Shown piece after piece: positions 1 through 9,493 of a stretch of DNA of 64,000 bases. The stretch is taken from IMG/VR virus record IMGVR_UViG_3300028914_001625, positions 1 through 64,000 of that record; one strand, given 5' to 3'. How positions within the stretch are numbered: position 1 is the stretch's first letter; every line of letters starts with the position of its first letter. The notes beneath the pieces were generated by a model. That model was not told where the DNA came from. It ran no database searches and was given only the letters and a program-made list of their open reading frames with translations. The stretch is from a virus. Its lineage: Duplodnaviria > Caudoviricetes. A program made the position numbers and the translations under genes.

Positions 1-693
1 AGTGGCAAGAAGTATAACGGCGAGAAGGCAATCATCTCGCTGACTAGCTGGCGTGCAAGAATCAACACAGTATCAAAGACTTTGTATAGTCTCATCAAGC
101 AGTGTCCTGGATTTCATATCGTATTGGTATTATCGGAAGAGGAGTTTCCGCAGAAGGAGAAGGAACTACCTGAGAACTTGATGGTATTTGTTGAGAATGA
201 ACTTATTGAATTGCTCTGGGTGTATAAGAACTATAAGAGCTTTAAGAAAGTTCTGTTTACTATGGATAAGTATAGAGATGTTCCTGTCATTTCAGCAGAT
301 GATGACTGCTTATATCGTTTTAATTATGCAGAACAGTTATACCAAAATTGGTTATCAGATAAAAAAGCATTCGTTACATATTACTGCACGCGTTATCGTG
401 GCTATCCACATACGGGTGGTTATGCAACACTGCACCCACCTTACTGTTACGGTGACGTCGTTCATAAACTTGACATATCTAAACTTCCTTTAATAGAAGA
501 TGATATTTTATATACCGTTATCAGAAGCATAAAACATCTAAATCATTGCATAAATCTGAATAAACATCTACTTCAAGTTATATGCATTCATGATGAAAAA
601 CGTCCATTACATGACTTGTATAGAAGAAAAGGAAGATTTTCAACAAAAGTCTCCAATATGATTTCATTAATATCAAAAGTACTCAATTCTTAA
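1..693 (+). CDS. GT-A-fold glycosyltransferase-like protein, 5'-truncated by the window edge
   Basis: Frame +1 is open from base 1 (SGKKYNGEKAIISLTSWRARI...). It shares IISLTSW..RI, LVLSEEEFP and a DDD motif (ADDDCLY) with 2078-2872 and 2876-3562. Confidence 0.7.
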   Translation, partial: SGKKYNGEKAIISLTSWRARINTVSKTLYSLIKQCPGFHIVLVLSEEEFPQKEKELPENLMVFVENELIELLWVYKNYKSFKKVLFTMDKYRDVPVISADDDCLYRFNYAEQLYQNWLSDKKAFVTYYCTRYRGYPHTGGYATLHPPYCYGDVVHKLDISKLPLIEDDILYTVIRSIKHLNHCINLNKHLLQVICIHDEKRPLHDLYRRKGRFSTKVSNMISLISKVLNS

Positions 694-1261
694 TTATAGA
701 ATAGATGTACTTAGATAATTGTGAATTATCTTTACATCTTTCTTTTATAGTATAGTATCTCTTATTCTTAAATTCATAATGATTTGAAAACAAGATAATT
801 TCAAAGTTACTATTCATTTCATCAATCTTCATTAACCATTCTTTATCATATTTTCGCAAATCATTATCATGTAAATCTGCTATTATAAATGTAGGTTTCT
901 CTTTTGTATCAAGCATGCGTTGAACACGTTCTTCATATTTTGAAGCAACATATTCCCACATTCTATTCCATACCAAAACATCGTGTTCACTCTTACTTCG
1001 TGATGCTAACTTTTCAGCCTTTGGGTCAAACAAATAATGAATGTACTGTACTTTTATTTTTCCATCTATTATGATGCTAAAATTCCAATTTTCATCTTTT
1101 ACCAATTCATAATTCAAAAAATTTATTTTGTCCCAATCACGGATAAGATAATAATAACTCTTTAAATCTATAACATTCCAGCAAAACGGATTTACATATT
1201 CCGTTTTTAAATGTTCTCGCATTAGATACGCACCACAACAGCTATTTGATATTATGTTCAT
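683..1261 (-). CDS. DUF1919-like exopolysaccharide-associated protein
   Basis: N-terminus NIISNSCCGAYL...NPF resembles the DUF1919 IISNNC.G motif; lies in a glycosyltransferase cluster. Confidence 0.6.
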   Translation of the reverse strand: MNIISNSCCGAYLMREHLKTEYVNPFCWNVIDLKSYYYLIRDWDKINFLNYELVKDENWNFSIIIDGKIKVQYIHYLFDPKAEKLASRSKSEHDVLVWNRMWEYVASKYEERVQRMLDTKEKPTFIIADLHDNDLRKYDKEWLMKIDEMNSNFEIILFSNHYEFKNKRYYTIKERCKDNSQLSKYIYSIIKN

Positions 1262-2088
1262 AGTTCTAACATTCGTCCAAATTCAAAATCATCATTATCA
1301 TTTCTATAATGAATGTATGCTGCCGACGGTATAAATGTAAGTTCACCGAAATAAAGTCGTCCGTTTATCTCATAAAAGTCTACACGAACAAACTTAAAAT
1401 CTTCACACAGTTTCTTAGCATATTCTTTCATCAATTCAAAATTTTCGGGTTTCTTTGGCATCTCTTTAGCATTTGGGTCATGCATCTTTATAGACAAATG
1501 ATTAAAATTCATATCAAAGAAATCACATGTAGGATTAGAATAATTTCCGTCATCGCCAATATACATTACTTTTGGTTCGCCATTAAAGCAAAAAAACTTA
1601 TAATCTAATAGAGTCTTTTGTGAAGGCATAAATTGTTCTATTAAAATCTTTCGCTTTATTGGAATGTAATGTAATTCGTAACCGTACCAAGACCAATCCT
1701 TAGACAACCAATTTTCAAATTGTCTTTTAGCAGTCGCTTTATTTATGTTTCCATTACGAACTATAATGTTAGTATGACTGCCATGATTTGTTTTCATAAC
1801 ATAATCTTTGGGAAGTTTACTAAAATCTATATCATCAAATTTATCATACACGCCTATCAAAGGTATAGAAATGTCTTTGCCAAGTTTTTCTTTAACATAT
1901 TCACGAACCAAAATTTTGTCAGCACACATGGTCTTTAAGAAAGTAGAATCGTATGCTTTCAACCATTCAAGTTTATCCGTAAATCTTTTAGGATTTACAA
2001 GATCGGGTTCTCTACCCATCATTTGTTTAAATCTTGCTTTCATTTTTGGTATTTGGGAAATACAAAATTCTTTCCAATTATCCGCCAT
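1258..2088 (-). CDS. TupA-like ATP-grasp protein
   Basis: NPKRFTDKLEWLK, DKILVREYV, KTNHGS, DYKFFCFNGEPK and FVRVDFY...YFGELTF match the ATPgrasp_TupA pattern. Confidence 0.85.
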   Translation of the reverse strand: MADNWKEFCISQIPKMKARFKQMMGREPDLVNPKRFTDKLEWLKAYDSTFLKTMCADKILVREYVKEKLGKDISIPLIGVYDKFDDIDFSKLPKDYVMKTNHGSHTNIIVRNGNINKATAKRQFENWLSKDWSWYGYELHYIPIKRKILIEQFMPSQKTLLDYKFFCFNGEPKVMYIGDDGNYSNPTCDFFDMNFNHLSIKMHDPNAKEMPKKPENFELMKEYAKKLCEDFKFVRVDFYEINGRLYFGELTFIPSAAYIHYRNDNDDFEFGRMLEL

Positions 2089-2872
2089 AATTAAACAACC
2101 TCTTATATTTTTCTAAAAGTTTAGGAATACTTGAAAGAACGCCATAAAGCCAGTTATCACGTCTTTCCAATCCGTTTGCTTCTCTTTGATGAGACCAACC
2201 AACAATTCCTTTCATCTTACCATTTTGTGGATCTATATCTATACCCCAGCCATAACTTAAATGAATAATTGGAATATCATTATACACAGTCCATGGTTGA
2301 AACCAACATTCATCTGAAACAGGATCTACTTTATCACGTATTCGTTGGTTCTCTTCACTTAAGCATTCTTTAGGATAAAGTTTAGCTGGTATCATGCTTT
2401 GACCGCACCAGCGATTCTTATTAACATGCGGTTCTGTCTCAGTCACATCTGGTCCATAAATTATTCGTTTTCCTTTATATACATGAGCTGGATAACGATT
2501 ATAGCACACAATACAGTTAGGAAATTTTTGATGTGTCTTAACTACATTTTCAATAAGATCATCAGCATAACGAACGTCATCATCTATTAAAAATACCAAA
2601 TCATTATCATCAGCAATCTTAAAGTATTCATGTCTTTTATGCACATAAGTATTCTTTGGCAACCAATGAATATGTGCTGCGGCTGAACTTAGCAGCAGTT
2701 GAAGATCCTTAGGCAAATCCTTTTCTTTGTTTGGAAATTCCTCAACAGACAACCATAAATGTATCTCATCTGGTTTTCTTGTCTGCTTTGCCAATAATAA
2801 GTAAATAGACTTTCCTACATTTGTAATTCTGCCAGGATAACTGGTCATTGAAACTATAACTTTCTCGCTCAT
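2078..2872 (-). CDS. GT-A-fold glycosyltransferase-like protein
   Basis: VIVSMTSYPGRI, LWLSVEEFP and IDDDVRY (DxD motif). Confidence 0.7.
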   Translation of the reverse strand: MSEKVIVSMTSYPGRITNVGKSIYLLLAKQTRKPDEIHLWLSVEEFPNKEKDLPKDLQLLLSSAAAHIHWLPKNTYVHKRHEYFKIADDNDLVFLIDDDVRYADDLIENVVKTHQKFPNCIVCYNRYPAHVYKGKRIIYGPDVTETEPHVNKNRWCGQSMIPAKLYPKECLSEENQRIRDKVDPVSDECWFQPWTVYNDIPIIHLSYGWGIDIDPQNGKMKGIVGWSHQREANGLERRDNWLYGVLSSIPKLLEKYKRLFNYGG

Positions 2873-2875
2873 ATT

Positions 2876-3562
2876 CTATTTATTGTATTCCGGATGGTCA
2901 GCAAAGAACTTGTCCATAGCTGCCTTGAAGTCAAACTTATCATATACATCGGTAAAGCGTTTAGACTGGTCGCCGAATGTGATACTGATGACAGGATTGT
3001 ATGCCATCTGTTCCATAGGCGTTCCAGCAACCTTCGCTCTAATTCCATTCCATTCATCGTCCTGCATGTATTGGAAGTAAGTCTTGAAGTATTCAGTCGG
3101 AATGTTAGCAAGAGAGTGAGGAGGGTAAAGACGAACACCGCCAACACGCATGACACCACGCCATTCTCCGCAGAACAATCCGAGAATTTTGTTGGGTCTT
3201 GCTTTGATTTCAGTACAGAGGTAGTCTACGAGCCAAGGCTGCATCAGTTCGTCATCATCAAGAGTCGAGATGTAGTTATTCGGATACTTCTTCATTGTCG
3301 GGTCAAGTTTCTTCAATGCTCTCGTATTCTCGTATGTCCACAAAATCTCGAACCTGTCAGGATAGTTCTTCTCGAAGTCCTTAATGTTCTGAGGTACTTG
3401 GAAGTCTTTTCCAAATTCCTCTTCAGACAAGACAAGCACTACCTTATACTTGTGATTTCCGATCTGCTGTGCTATAAGACGATAAAGAACAAGCGGAAGG
3501 TTAGGATCGTTAATGCGTCCTGCCCAGCTTGTCAAAGAAATAATAAGCTCGTAATCATTCAT
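2876..3562 (-). CDS. GT-A-fold glycosyltransferase-like protein (paralog)
   Basis: LIISLTSWAGRI, LVLSEEEF, ALKKLDP and LDDDE. Confidence 0.7.
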   Translation of the reverse strand: MNDYELIISLTSWAGRINDPNLPLVLYRLIAQQIGNHKYKVVLVLSEEEFGKDFQVPQNIKDFEKNYPDRFEILWTYENTRALKKLDPTMKKYPNNYISTLDDDELMQPWLVDYLCTEIKARPNKILGLFCGEWRGVMRVGGVRLYPPHSLANIPTEYFKTYFQYMQDDEWNGIRAKVAGTPMEQMAYNPVISITFGDQSKRFTDVYDKFDFKAAMDKFFADHPEYNK

Positions 3563-3583
3563 AAATTCACCTCAATTTTGTTT

Positions 3584-3591
3584 TATTTATC
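3584..3591 (-). promoter_or_regulatory. T4-type late promoter motif GATAAATA upstream of the GT cluster
   Basis: Minus strand reads agATAAATAaaacaaaattgaggtgaattt-ATG. Confidence 0.5.
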
Positions 3592-3752
3592 TACGGAAAG
3601 TAAACTACCGTTTTTTCTTCAACATCCGGTCCAGTAGCCCAAAATTCTAATGTTTTTACGATTGGTGCTTCAACGGGATAAGAGTTCCAGTCATAAACTT
3701 CCAAATCTTGTGGAAGTTTCTTAAGCAGTTCTATAAGTTCTCTATTCTTCAT
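3591..3752 (-). CDS. Small hypothetical protein (53 aa, not in the ORF track)
   Basis: Manual translation MKNRELIELLKKLPQDLEVYDWNSYPVEAPIVKTLEFWATGPDVEEKTVVYFP; fills the gap and overlaps the upstream stop. Confidence 0.6.
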   Translation of the reverse strand: MKNRELIELLKKLPQDLEVYDWNSYPVEAPIVKTLEFWATGPDVEEKTVVYFP

Positions 3753-4218
3753 TCAGTCTACCTATCGCTTCTTCTCTAGCCTTGTCAAAAACTTCAGACG
3801 AGACTTCTTTGAACTTGTTGTAACTTCTATCGCAGCAGTAGTCAACGTAGAGACAGCCATCTTTACCGATATGAAACATTTCTTCAGCAGCGATGTTCAT
3901 ATCTGCTTGAGGAGTCAAACGAAACTTTGCAAGATCGTCGTTATAGTCTTCCTGCAGCCAGTGATAGTCATCAAAGTTATAAGTACCGTCACTATGCTTG
4001 TCTACTTCTTCATAGATGAATTCTTCCCAATATCTGCATGATTCCCAATAAGGATTATCAGTGTCATCTCTAACACCAAGAATCTTAATCAGTCTATGCT
4101 TACCTCTATCAGCGAAGCACTTACCGACAAGAGTCTTTACGAAGTCATAGTCAACTTCAAAGAATTCGTCTTTAATCTTGCGGCTCATCAAGTACCTCAT
4201 AAAGTGTCTTAATGTCAA
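3742..4218 (-). CDS. Hypothetical protein
   Basis: ORF in a tightly packed minus-strand run; start may be MSRKIK. Confidence 0.6.
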   Translation of the reverse strand: MTLRHFMRYLMSRKIKDEFFEVDYDFVKTLVGKCFADRGKHRLIKILGVRDDTDNPYWESCRYWEEFIYEEVDKHSDGTYNFDDYHWLQEDYNDDLAKFRLTPQADMNIAAEEMFHIGKDGCLYVDYCCDRSYNKFKEVSSEVFDKAREEAIGRLNEE

Positions 4219-4507
4219 ATGGCTTATCTATTTTCTTTGTTTTAGCGACGTAAGCAAAGTGGTCATAATCGCCGTCAGGATCTGCGGTAAGAAGACCAAT
4301 AGCATTTCCACTCTTCTTTGGATTAAGACGAATAATGTAACCATCTGCTGCTTCTTGATAGACTGGATAGACCTTTACTGAAGGATCTTTGTTAAAGACC
4401 TTCTTCAAGGTGACATCGTCTATCAAGTCGGGAAAGTGTTCATTAATGTACTTGAGTGAAGACTCGCCTAAGCAAGTCCAATCGCCTAATTCAGTCTTAA
4501 ATATCAT
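4172..4507 (-). CDS. Hypothetical protein
   Basis: ORF in packed run. Confidence 0.6.
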   Translation of the reverse strand: MIFKTELGDWTCLGESSLKYINEHFPDLIDDVTLKKVFNKDPSVKVYPVYQEAADGYIIRLNPKKSGNAIGLLTADPDGDYDHFAYVAKTKKIDKPFDIKTLYEVLDEPQD

Positions 4508-4712
4508 CTTCGTATTCTCCTCTTACGTCAGCAAAGTATTTATCTGACTGGTCTAATTTGTCATGTTCAAAAGGTCTTCCAAGCCCGGGATAAAGGAAGT
4601 CTATTGCTTTCTGCGACAAGACAAGGTATTCGGGCGAGTTCTTTCCCATCTTAATCTGATGAGACGCTTTAACGATCGTCTTGACTATGTCGCCTTCTTC
4701 ATACTTTTTCAT
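4497..4712 (-). CDS. Hypothetical protein
   Basis: ORF overlapping both neighbours. Confidence 0.6.
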   Translation of the reverse strand: MKKYEEGDIVKTIVKASHQIKMGKNSPEYLVLSQKAIDFLYPGLGRPFEHDKLDQSDKYFADVRGEYEDDI

Positions 4713-5065
4713 TTTTCGCCGCCTCCTTTCAAATCATAGATGATAAGCGGTAAAGCGATGAGGGCAAATGCAGAACCAAGAGGCAGATAGACTACCCAAG
4801 CACCGCTAAAGAAAGACATCGCAATGAAATATCCTAAAGCGAGCTTTCCCTTAGGTGCAAGTTGCCAAATGACAAAGAGAGTAAATGAAAGCACAGCACT
4901 CAGCACCATCCACCAACCGATAGGTGTAAAGACGCCTATAAGAATGGAACCGATAAGTCCACATATTACATGGAATACCGCCATCGCTGCAGCGCCTGAA
5001 CAGTCACTGGAGTCTTTATGATAAACGATAAGACCAATGATATCATCTAATGCTTCTTTAATCAT
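4709..5065 (-). CDS. Multi-pass membrane protein
   Basis: Several long hydrophobic stretches. Confidence 0.65.
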   Translation of the reverse strand: MIKEALDDIIGLIVYHKDSSDCSGAAAMAVFHVICGLIGSILIGVFTPIGWWMVLSAVLSFTLFVIWQLAPKGKLALGYFIAMSFFSGAWVVYLPLGSAFALIALPLIIYDLKGGGEK

Positions 5066-5652
5066 TACTTCTCCTTTTCAGGCGACTCCATGAAACGGCA
5101 CTTCTTAAAGTCTTTCCAAACAAGGTCAAAGTGCTTCTTCGGGAATACATCTTTGCCACACCACTCAACATCGCTGACGACCTTTGCTTCCCAGTCCCAG
5201 CAGCTCTTAGCATAGTCATCAATGCCAGTATAATAAGTTTTGTAAAGCATTTCAGACAGAAGATCCTTGATGACAGATTCGTCATAGCCAGTGTCATCTA
5301 GCCATTCCTTGAACGACATGCCAGGTTCAGTAGGAAGATCTTGTGCCAAACAATCGGTGTAAGGGATGATGTCATACTTATAGCCATCGCCGAGGTCATG
5401 TTCAACAGCTACACGGAATGCTTCTTCAAATGACATGTACTCTGTTTGAGTACCGTCTGAAAAGCCCTTGTAAGAGAACTCGACATCATAGCCAAACTCA
5501 AAGTCCCAGAAGTGTTTGGTCTTGCGCTGCTTTTCAAGTCGCTGTTCTTCCTTTTCCTTTTCTGCTTTCTTATCTGCAGCCTGACGATCCTTAAATTCCT
5601 TGTGGATCTCAGGATATTTTTCTTTTAAGAATTTTTCGCATGAAATTGCCAT
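5065..5652 (-). CDS. Hypothetical protein
   Basis: Track ORF 5065-5688; likely start MAISCE at 5652, just after the upstream stop. Confidence 0.6.
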   Translation of the reverse strand: MAISCEKFLKEKYPEIHKEFKDRQAADKKAEKEKEEQRLEKQRKTKHFWDFEFGYDVEFSYKGFSDGTQTEYMSFEEAFRVAVEHDLGDGYKYDIIPYTDCLAQDLPTEPGMSFKEWLDDTGYDESVIKDLLSEMLYKTYYTGIDDYAKSCWDWEAKVVSDVEWCGKDVFPKKHFDLVWKDFKKCRFMESPEKEK

Positions 5653-5656
5653 CTTA

Positions 5657-5884
5657 TTACTCCTCGGGTTCAATGATCCCGCGTTCAATTAAATCTTGTT
5701 CTGCTTCAAGGCGAGTGTCCCATGTAATGTTATGGAAAATCGCACTCATTCTGCCGTATGATTCCTGTAATTCTTTGTATTCTTCAAGCCACTTTGCTAT
5801 CTGAAGATATTCACTAGAAGTTTTGTTAGATGCGCATCCAACAGCCTTTTCTTTATAGTATTCAATCGCTTCTTCAAGTACCAT
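5657..5884 (-). CDS. Hypothetical protein
   Basis: ORF in packed run. Confidence 0.6.
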   Translation of the reverse strand: MVLEEAIEYYKEKAVGCASNKTSSEYLQIAKWLEEYKELQESYGRMSAIFHNITWDTRLEAEQDLIERGIIEPEE

Positions 5885-5885
5885 C

Positions 5886-6560
5886 TTATTCTTCTCCTAC
5901 TTCATAAACGATTTGCATCTTTACATGAACTGGCTTGCAGAGTTTCAGAGCATCATGCAAGACAATTTCTGCCGGCCATCTCATGTGTTCTTTATTTTCA
6001 AAGGTCTTCAGTAATGTTTCAGCAAGTTGCTTAGTGGTAAAACGAGATGCTTGCATTACATCATCGGTAAATTCGTCTTCAATACCAAAACCCGGGAACT
6101 GTGTCACATTAGGCGTCTGTATCAAGAACTTTCCGTCATCTCTGCGAAGAGTCCAGAAGTCACGGTCAATAGACTTACGTTCTTTTACGATTAAACGCTC
6201 AAGCAACTTCCTATCCCAATCTTCTATGAACGCCTTTTCGGATTCAGTGTATTCCATCATTTCTGCAGAAGACAACTTTGATGGGTAGTTTGCTTTATCA
6301 ACATACCAGTAGCCTTCACCGTTCTTGGTCCAATGACATAAAACTTGTTCTTTCATTTTCTTTTCCTTTCTTTTAAAAGTGTCGCAGTGACTGCATTTGT
6401 AGTAATCATACTGAGGGTCAGGAATGCCCGGTATGTAAGAAACGACCATGTGCATTTCTCTTCCGCAAACATCACAGCAGACTGCATTTCTTAATCGTTC
6501 TTCCTGATGTTCCTTTGTTTCAAAGAACCCAGGCACTTCCCAAGGTTCATATTTACTCAA
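5886..6560 (-). CDS. Hypothetical protein with an N-terminal Zn-ribbon-like motif
   Basis: CDVC...CSHC pair. Confidence 0.55.
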   Translation of the reverse strand: MSKYEPWEVPGFFETKEHQEERLRNAVCCDVCGREMHMVVSYIPGIPDPQYDYYKCSHCDTFKRKEKKMKEQVLCHWTKNGEGYWYVDKANYPSKLSSAEMMEYTESEKAFIEDWDRKLLERLIVKERKSIDRDFWTLRRDDGKFLIQTPNVTQFPGFGIEDEFTDDVMQASRFTTKQLAETLLKTFENKEHMRWPAEIVLHDALKLCKPVHVKMQIVYEVGEE

Positions 6561-6949
6561 TCTATGCCTCCATACATCGTAATGTGTTTTTCATACGCTG
6601 CTTTTACGCGTTCTGCTTCTTCAAGAGTTTCAAATATCGCTGGCTTATACCTGCCGCCTTCAGTGTTCCCAGAGAATCCCCATTTGGGTTTCTTTCTGTA
6701 GTGAAGCGTGCACCAGCCCCACCCATAGTCTTCCCAAGTACCACAGAGATAGCAGAACTCAATTTCAAAACGGTGTGTGCCTTTCTGAATGATCTTTGCT
6801 TTATAATGTTGCTTATCAAAGTATGAGGTAATACCTAGAAGACCAGCGACGAACAAAGCCAGTCCCAATATGATTAAAACCGCAACAGTTGAACAACTCA
6901 TGCTTTCTCCCTCCTGAACGGGCAACGATTTGGAAAACCGTATTCCCAT
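6557..6949 (-). CDS. Membrane-anchored hypothetical protein
   Basis: N-terminal hydrophobic helix VAVLIILGLALFVAGLLGI. Confidence 0.55.
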   Translation of the reverse strand: MGIRFSKSLPVQEGESMSCSTVAVLIILGLALFVAGLLGITSYFDKQHYKAKIIQKGTHRFEIEFCYLCGTWEDYGWGWCTLHYRKKPKWGFSGNTEGGRYKPAIFETLEEAERVKAAYEKHITMYGGID

Positions 6950-7170
6950 TCAAAATGTTCTTCTGGAATGACTTTATTCTTGTTATGCGATGTCTTGTGA
7001 ACAGTGAAGCTAGCACGGTTAATGTTGAAGTTTTCCTTCCCACAGTACTGTCGCCAGCCTGGCTTCTGTCCGGGTCTTTCTTCGCCTTTATGAATGACGA
7101 CTTCAACAAAGTGTGGACAATGTTCGCATCCAACAATGTTATACTTTTTTCTTATCTCTTCCGGTGTCAT
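6898..7170 (-). CDS. Cys-containing hypothetical protein
   Basis: Track ORF 6898-7365; likely start MTPEEI at 7170 after an aggaaa SD; CEHC motif. Confidence 0.55.
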   Translation of the reverse strand: MTPEEIRKKYNIVGCEHCPHFVEVVIHKGEERPGQKPGWRQYCGKENFNINRASFTVHKTSHNKNKVIPEEHFEWEYGFPNRCPFRREKA

Positions 7171-7411
7171 TTTCCTTCTTTGCCTCCGGTTGGTATGAAT
7201 AGATGCAGAACGCATCAACAAGTTTCTTCTTAAAGTCACCGATTCCAATGCCAAGACTTTCACAGGTCTTTCTGGCATTGAAACAGACTTTGTCATCTGT
7301 GACTTTGATGTCTTCCAATTCAATAGCAGGGCAACCTTTGTGGAATGCGATAGCGACCCAATCACGCAAGAACTGTGCTGCTTCTTTTTTCTGTTCTTTT
7401 TCAGTTGACAT
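7139..7411 (-). CDS. Hypothetical protein
   Basis: ORF with TAATG coupling to the upstream small ORF. Confidence 0.55.
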   Translation of the reverse strand: MSTEKEQKKEAAQFLRDWVAIAFHKGCPAIELEDIKVTDDKVCFNARKTCESLGIGIGDFKKKLVDAFCIYSYQPEAKKENDTGRDKKKV

Positions 7412-7581
7412 TATTCTTCCTCAGCCCAGTAGTAAAGATAGACATTGTAGTCATCGTGACAGATCTGCTGAATGTCTTCTCGCTGAATGTTATGATCTTT
7501 GATGAACTTAACACAAGTAGAGGATGTAAGTCCTGGTGTTTCAAAAGTTCCATTAAATCTTTGTGTCTTGAGTGTTTTCAT
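7411..7581 (-). CDS. Small hypothetical protein (56 aa, not in the ORF track)
   Basis: Manual translation MKTLKTQRFNGTFETPGLTSSTCVKFIKDHNIQREDIQQICHDDYNVYLYYWAEEE. Confidence 0.55.
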   Translation of the reverse strand: MKTLKTQRFNGTFETPGLTSSTCVKFIKDHNIQREDIQQICHDDYNVYLYYWAEEE

Positions 7582-7738
7582 TTTCTTTCCATGTAACGGT
7601 TATAGAATATCCGCAAGTATCCATCCTACGGACATTCTCAAGTGGTATGTTGTTCTTAACCAGCCATTCTATAGTTTCCATAATCGGATAGTACTTATAG
7701 AAGTGCGGGTTGTCTATTCTTATGCCTTTACAGGTCAT
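7553..7738 (-). CDS. Small hypothetical protein
   Basis: ORF; loosely similar in layout to 7411-7581. Confidence 0.55.
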   Translation of the reverse strand: MTCKGIRIDNPHFYKYYPIMETIEWLVKNNIPLENVRRMDTCGYSITVTWKENENTQDTKI

Positions 7739-7992
7739 TGAAAATCTTTAGGCAAAAATGCCCAACGAATACAATCTTCAAGGTTCTCTTCAGTGTCATT
7801 GTCAAGAACCCAATAGTAACCATTAGGATCGTTCTCGTCTGTATAGTCAGTGACTAACTGAGCTACATCCCAATAAGCATCACGCGGGCTCTTACCAAAC
7901 TGGCATAAGACTGGACGATTCAATCCGATCTCCTTTATGTGTTCAGGAACGAACGGAAAGAAGACCATTTCTTTTGCTTCGGGTATGTTCAT
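7735..7992 (-). CDS. Hypothetical protein
   Basis: ORF in packed run. Confidence 0.6.
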   Translation of the reverse strand: MNIPEAKEMVFFPFVPEHIKEIGLNRPVLCQFGKSPRDAYWDVAQLVTDYTDENDPNGYYWVLDNDTEENLEDCIRWAFLPKDFQ

Positions 7993-8456
7993 TAGTCTCT
8001 CTTTTCCTTAATAGCGATTATCCATTCGCCTGCGCATTCTCTCCAAGAATCTCCGTCTTCGTCAATCTTTTCATAAAGACTTCCATTACAGAGAATGCGA
8101 TAAGACTTGGGGTCAAAATGCATTGTGTAGTCATTAGGAAATTCCATAATGATTTCTTCATCTTTATCATCAGAAACGACAGCGTCAGTATGAACCTGCG
8201 GGCTGTAAGCGATACCGCCTGAGTAAGAGACTGCTTCAATGTACTTTCTTACTGTGTCATACTTGACGACAGGTACTTCAACAGTAATCTTTACAGTGTC
8301 TCTGATAACGACTGGGTTACGATACTGTTTGATAAGTTCGGTCTTTGTCGCTTCAATGTCATTTCTTGCATCCTTGACAGATACAATGACAGCAGTCATC
8401 GCAAGAAAGACAACGAACATCACAAGTCCGAAGGAAAGTTTAAGTTTATCGTTCAT
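7992..8456 (-). CDS. Membrane-anchored hypothetical protein
   Basis: Likely start MNDKLK at 8456; N-terminal TM helix. Confidence 0.6.
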   Translation of the reverse strand: MNDKLKLSFGLVMFVVFLAMTAVIVSVKDARNDIEATKTELIKQYRNPVVIRDTVKITVEVPVVKYDTVRKYIEAVSYSGGIAYSPQVHTDAVVSDDKDEEIIMEFPNDYTMHFDPKSYRILCNGSLYEKIDEDGDSWRECAGEWIIAIKEKRD

Positions 8457-8782
8457 TAGTTGTTCTCTTTGTAGAATTGAAGATAAAGTGGGTAGTCGCC
8501 TTCGCCGTCGTCCCAATCAGAGTCAATCTCGACTTTGCCAGTTTCATCCATTTGACGAACCAGATAAGTCAAGACCTTGTCAAATTCAGGATTAGGTCCA
8601 AGTGTTTTCTTGATGTCAGGCGGAAGCATGAACCATCTTTCTTTGTCAGGATTCCATGTATAGTCCCTGAAAAGAGGCTCAAAGACTTTAATCGCCTCGT
8701 TGCGTTCTGGACCTGCATACTTGATTTTGATGAGAGGCGCTCCGCCCCAATAGTCAATGCATGAAACTACGTAAGTTGCCAT
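8456..8782 (-). CDS. Hypothetical protein
   Basis: ORF with TAATG couplings. Confidence 0.6.
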   Translation of the reverse strand: MATYVVSCIDYWGGAPLIKIKYAGPERNEAIKVFEPLFRDYTWNPDKERWFMLPPDIKKTLGPNPEFDKVLTYLVRQMDETGKVEIDSDWDDGEGDYPLYLQFYKENN

Positions 8783-9084
8783 TACACAACCTCAGTAGTG
8801 CAGACAGAAGTGACCTTCATCACGCAGATTTCATAACCGCTTTGCTTTGCGTTTCTGATATCATGCTGAATGTAAGCACCAGTCTTGATGACAGACTTTG
8901 CGATGCCAGGTGTCTTGTAAGACTTAGCCCTGCCAACATCAGGCTGGAATCTGCCGCTCCAACCTGGTCTTACTTCCCAGTAAGTAACTGGTTCGGCTGG
9001 GTTCTGAACATTCACCTTAGCGATGACGTAGGTGACTGAACATTCACTTCTCTTTGCGATTTTGAGTGTATCAAACTGTAGCAT
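8782..9084 (-). CDS. Hypothetical protein
   Basis: ORF with an aggag SD. Confidence 0.6.
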   Translation of the reverse strand: MLQFDTLKIAKRSECSVTYVIAKVNVQNPAEPVTYWEVRPGWSGRFQPDVGRAKSYKTPGIAKSVIKTGAYIQHDIRNAKQSGYEICVMKVTSVCTTEVV

Positions 9085-9095
9085 TTTGTTTCTCC

Positions 9096-9188
9096 TTATA
9101 ATAATACGATGAAAAGTATTCCGATTATTGCGGTTACCACCACATAACCAATAAGTTCTTTATCTGTTGGATCTTCGTGTCTAGCCAT
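9096..9188 (-). CDS. 30-aa single-TM peptide (not in the ORF track)
   Basis: Manual translation MARHEDPTDKELIGYVVVTAIIGILFIVLL; fills the gap. Confidence 0.5.
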   Translation of the reverse strand: MARHEDPTDKELIGYVVVTAIIGILFIVLL

Positions 9189-9399
9189 TGATTAGTCTCT
9201 CCAAAATTCTTTGGTAATCTACTCCTGTTTTCTTCCGGTCTTCTTCCAAAAGTTCAGTTGTTTTCTTCATGATTTTAACTCTGGGTCCCGCTTCTTCATA
9301 CGGAGGAACGGCTGCCCAAGCGGCATCTAAGATGGCGTGTTCTTCTGCCTTCTTCTCTGCTTCCGTTTTGAATTTACTTGCTATTTTAAACGTTGACAT
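9181..9399 (-). CDS. Hypothetical protein
   Basis: ORF in packed run. Confidence 0.55.
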   Translation of the reverse strand: MSTFKIASKFKTEAEKKAEEHAILDAAWAAVPPYEEAGPRVKIMKKTTELLEEDRKKTGVDYQRILERLING

Positions 9400-9493
9400 A
9401 TTTCATTACCACCTCAAGAATTTCTTCAATATCTTCATCTTCATAGCCTTTCTCTTCAAGATCGTCCCATATCTCCGACTCGAAAGTAGTCAT
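9386..9493 (-). CDS. Small acidic hypothetical protein (35 aa)
   Basis: C-terminal part of track ORF 9386-9664, starting MTTFESEIW. Confidence 0.45.
   Translation of the reverse strand: MTTFESEIWDDLEEKGYEDEDIEEILEVVMKYVNV

Noticed and set aside
2540-2600. YADD string in the 264-aa ORF suggesting a reverse transcriptase or DGR
   Set aside because: It is part of the GT DxD region (IDDDVRYADD). No other RT motifs or template/variable repeat pair were seen.
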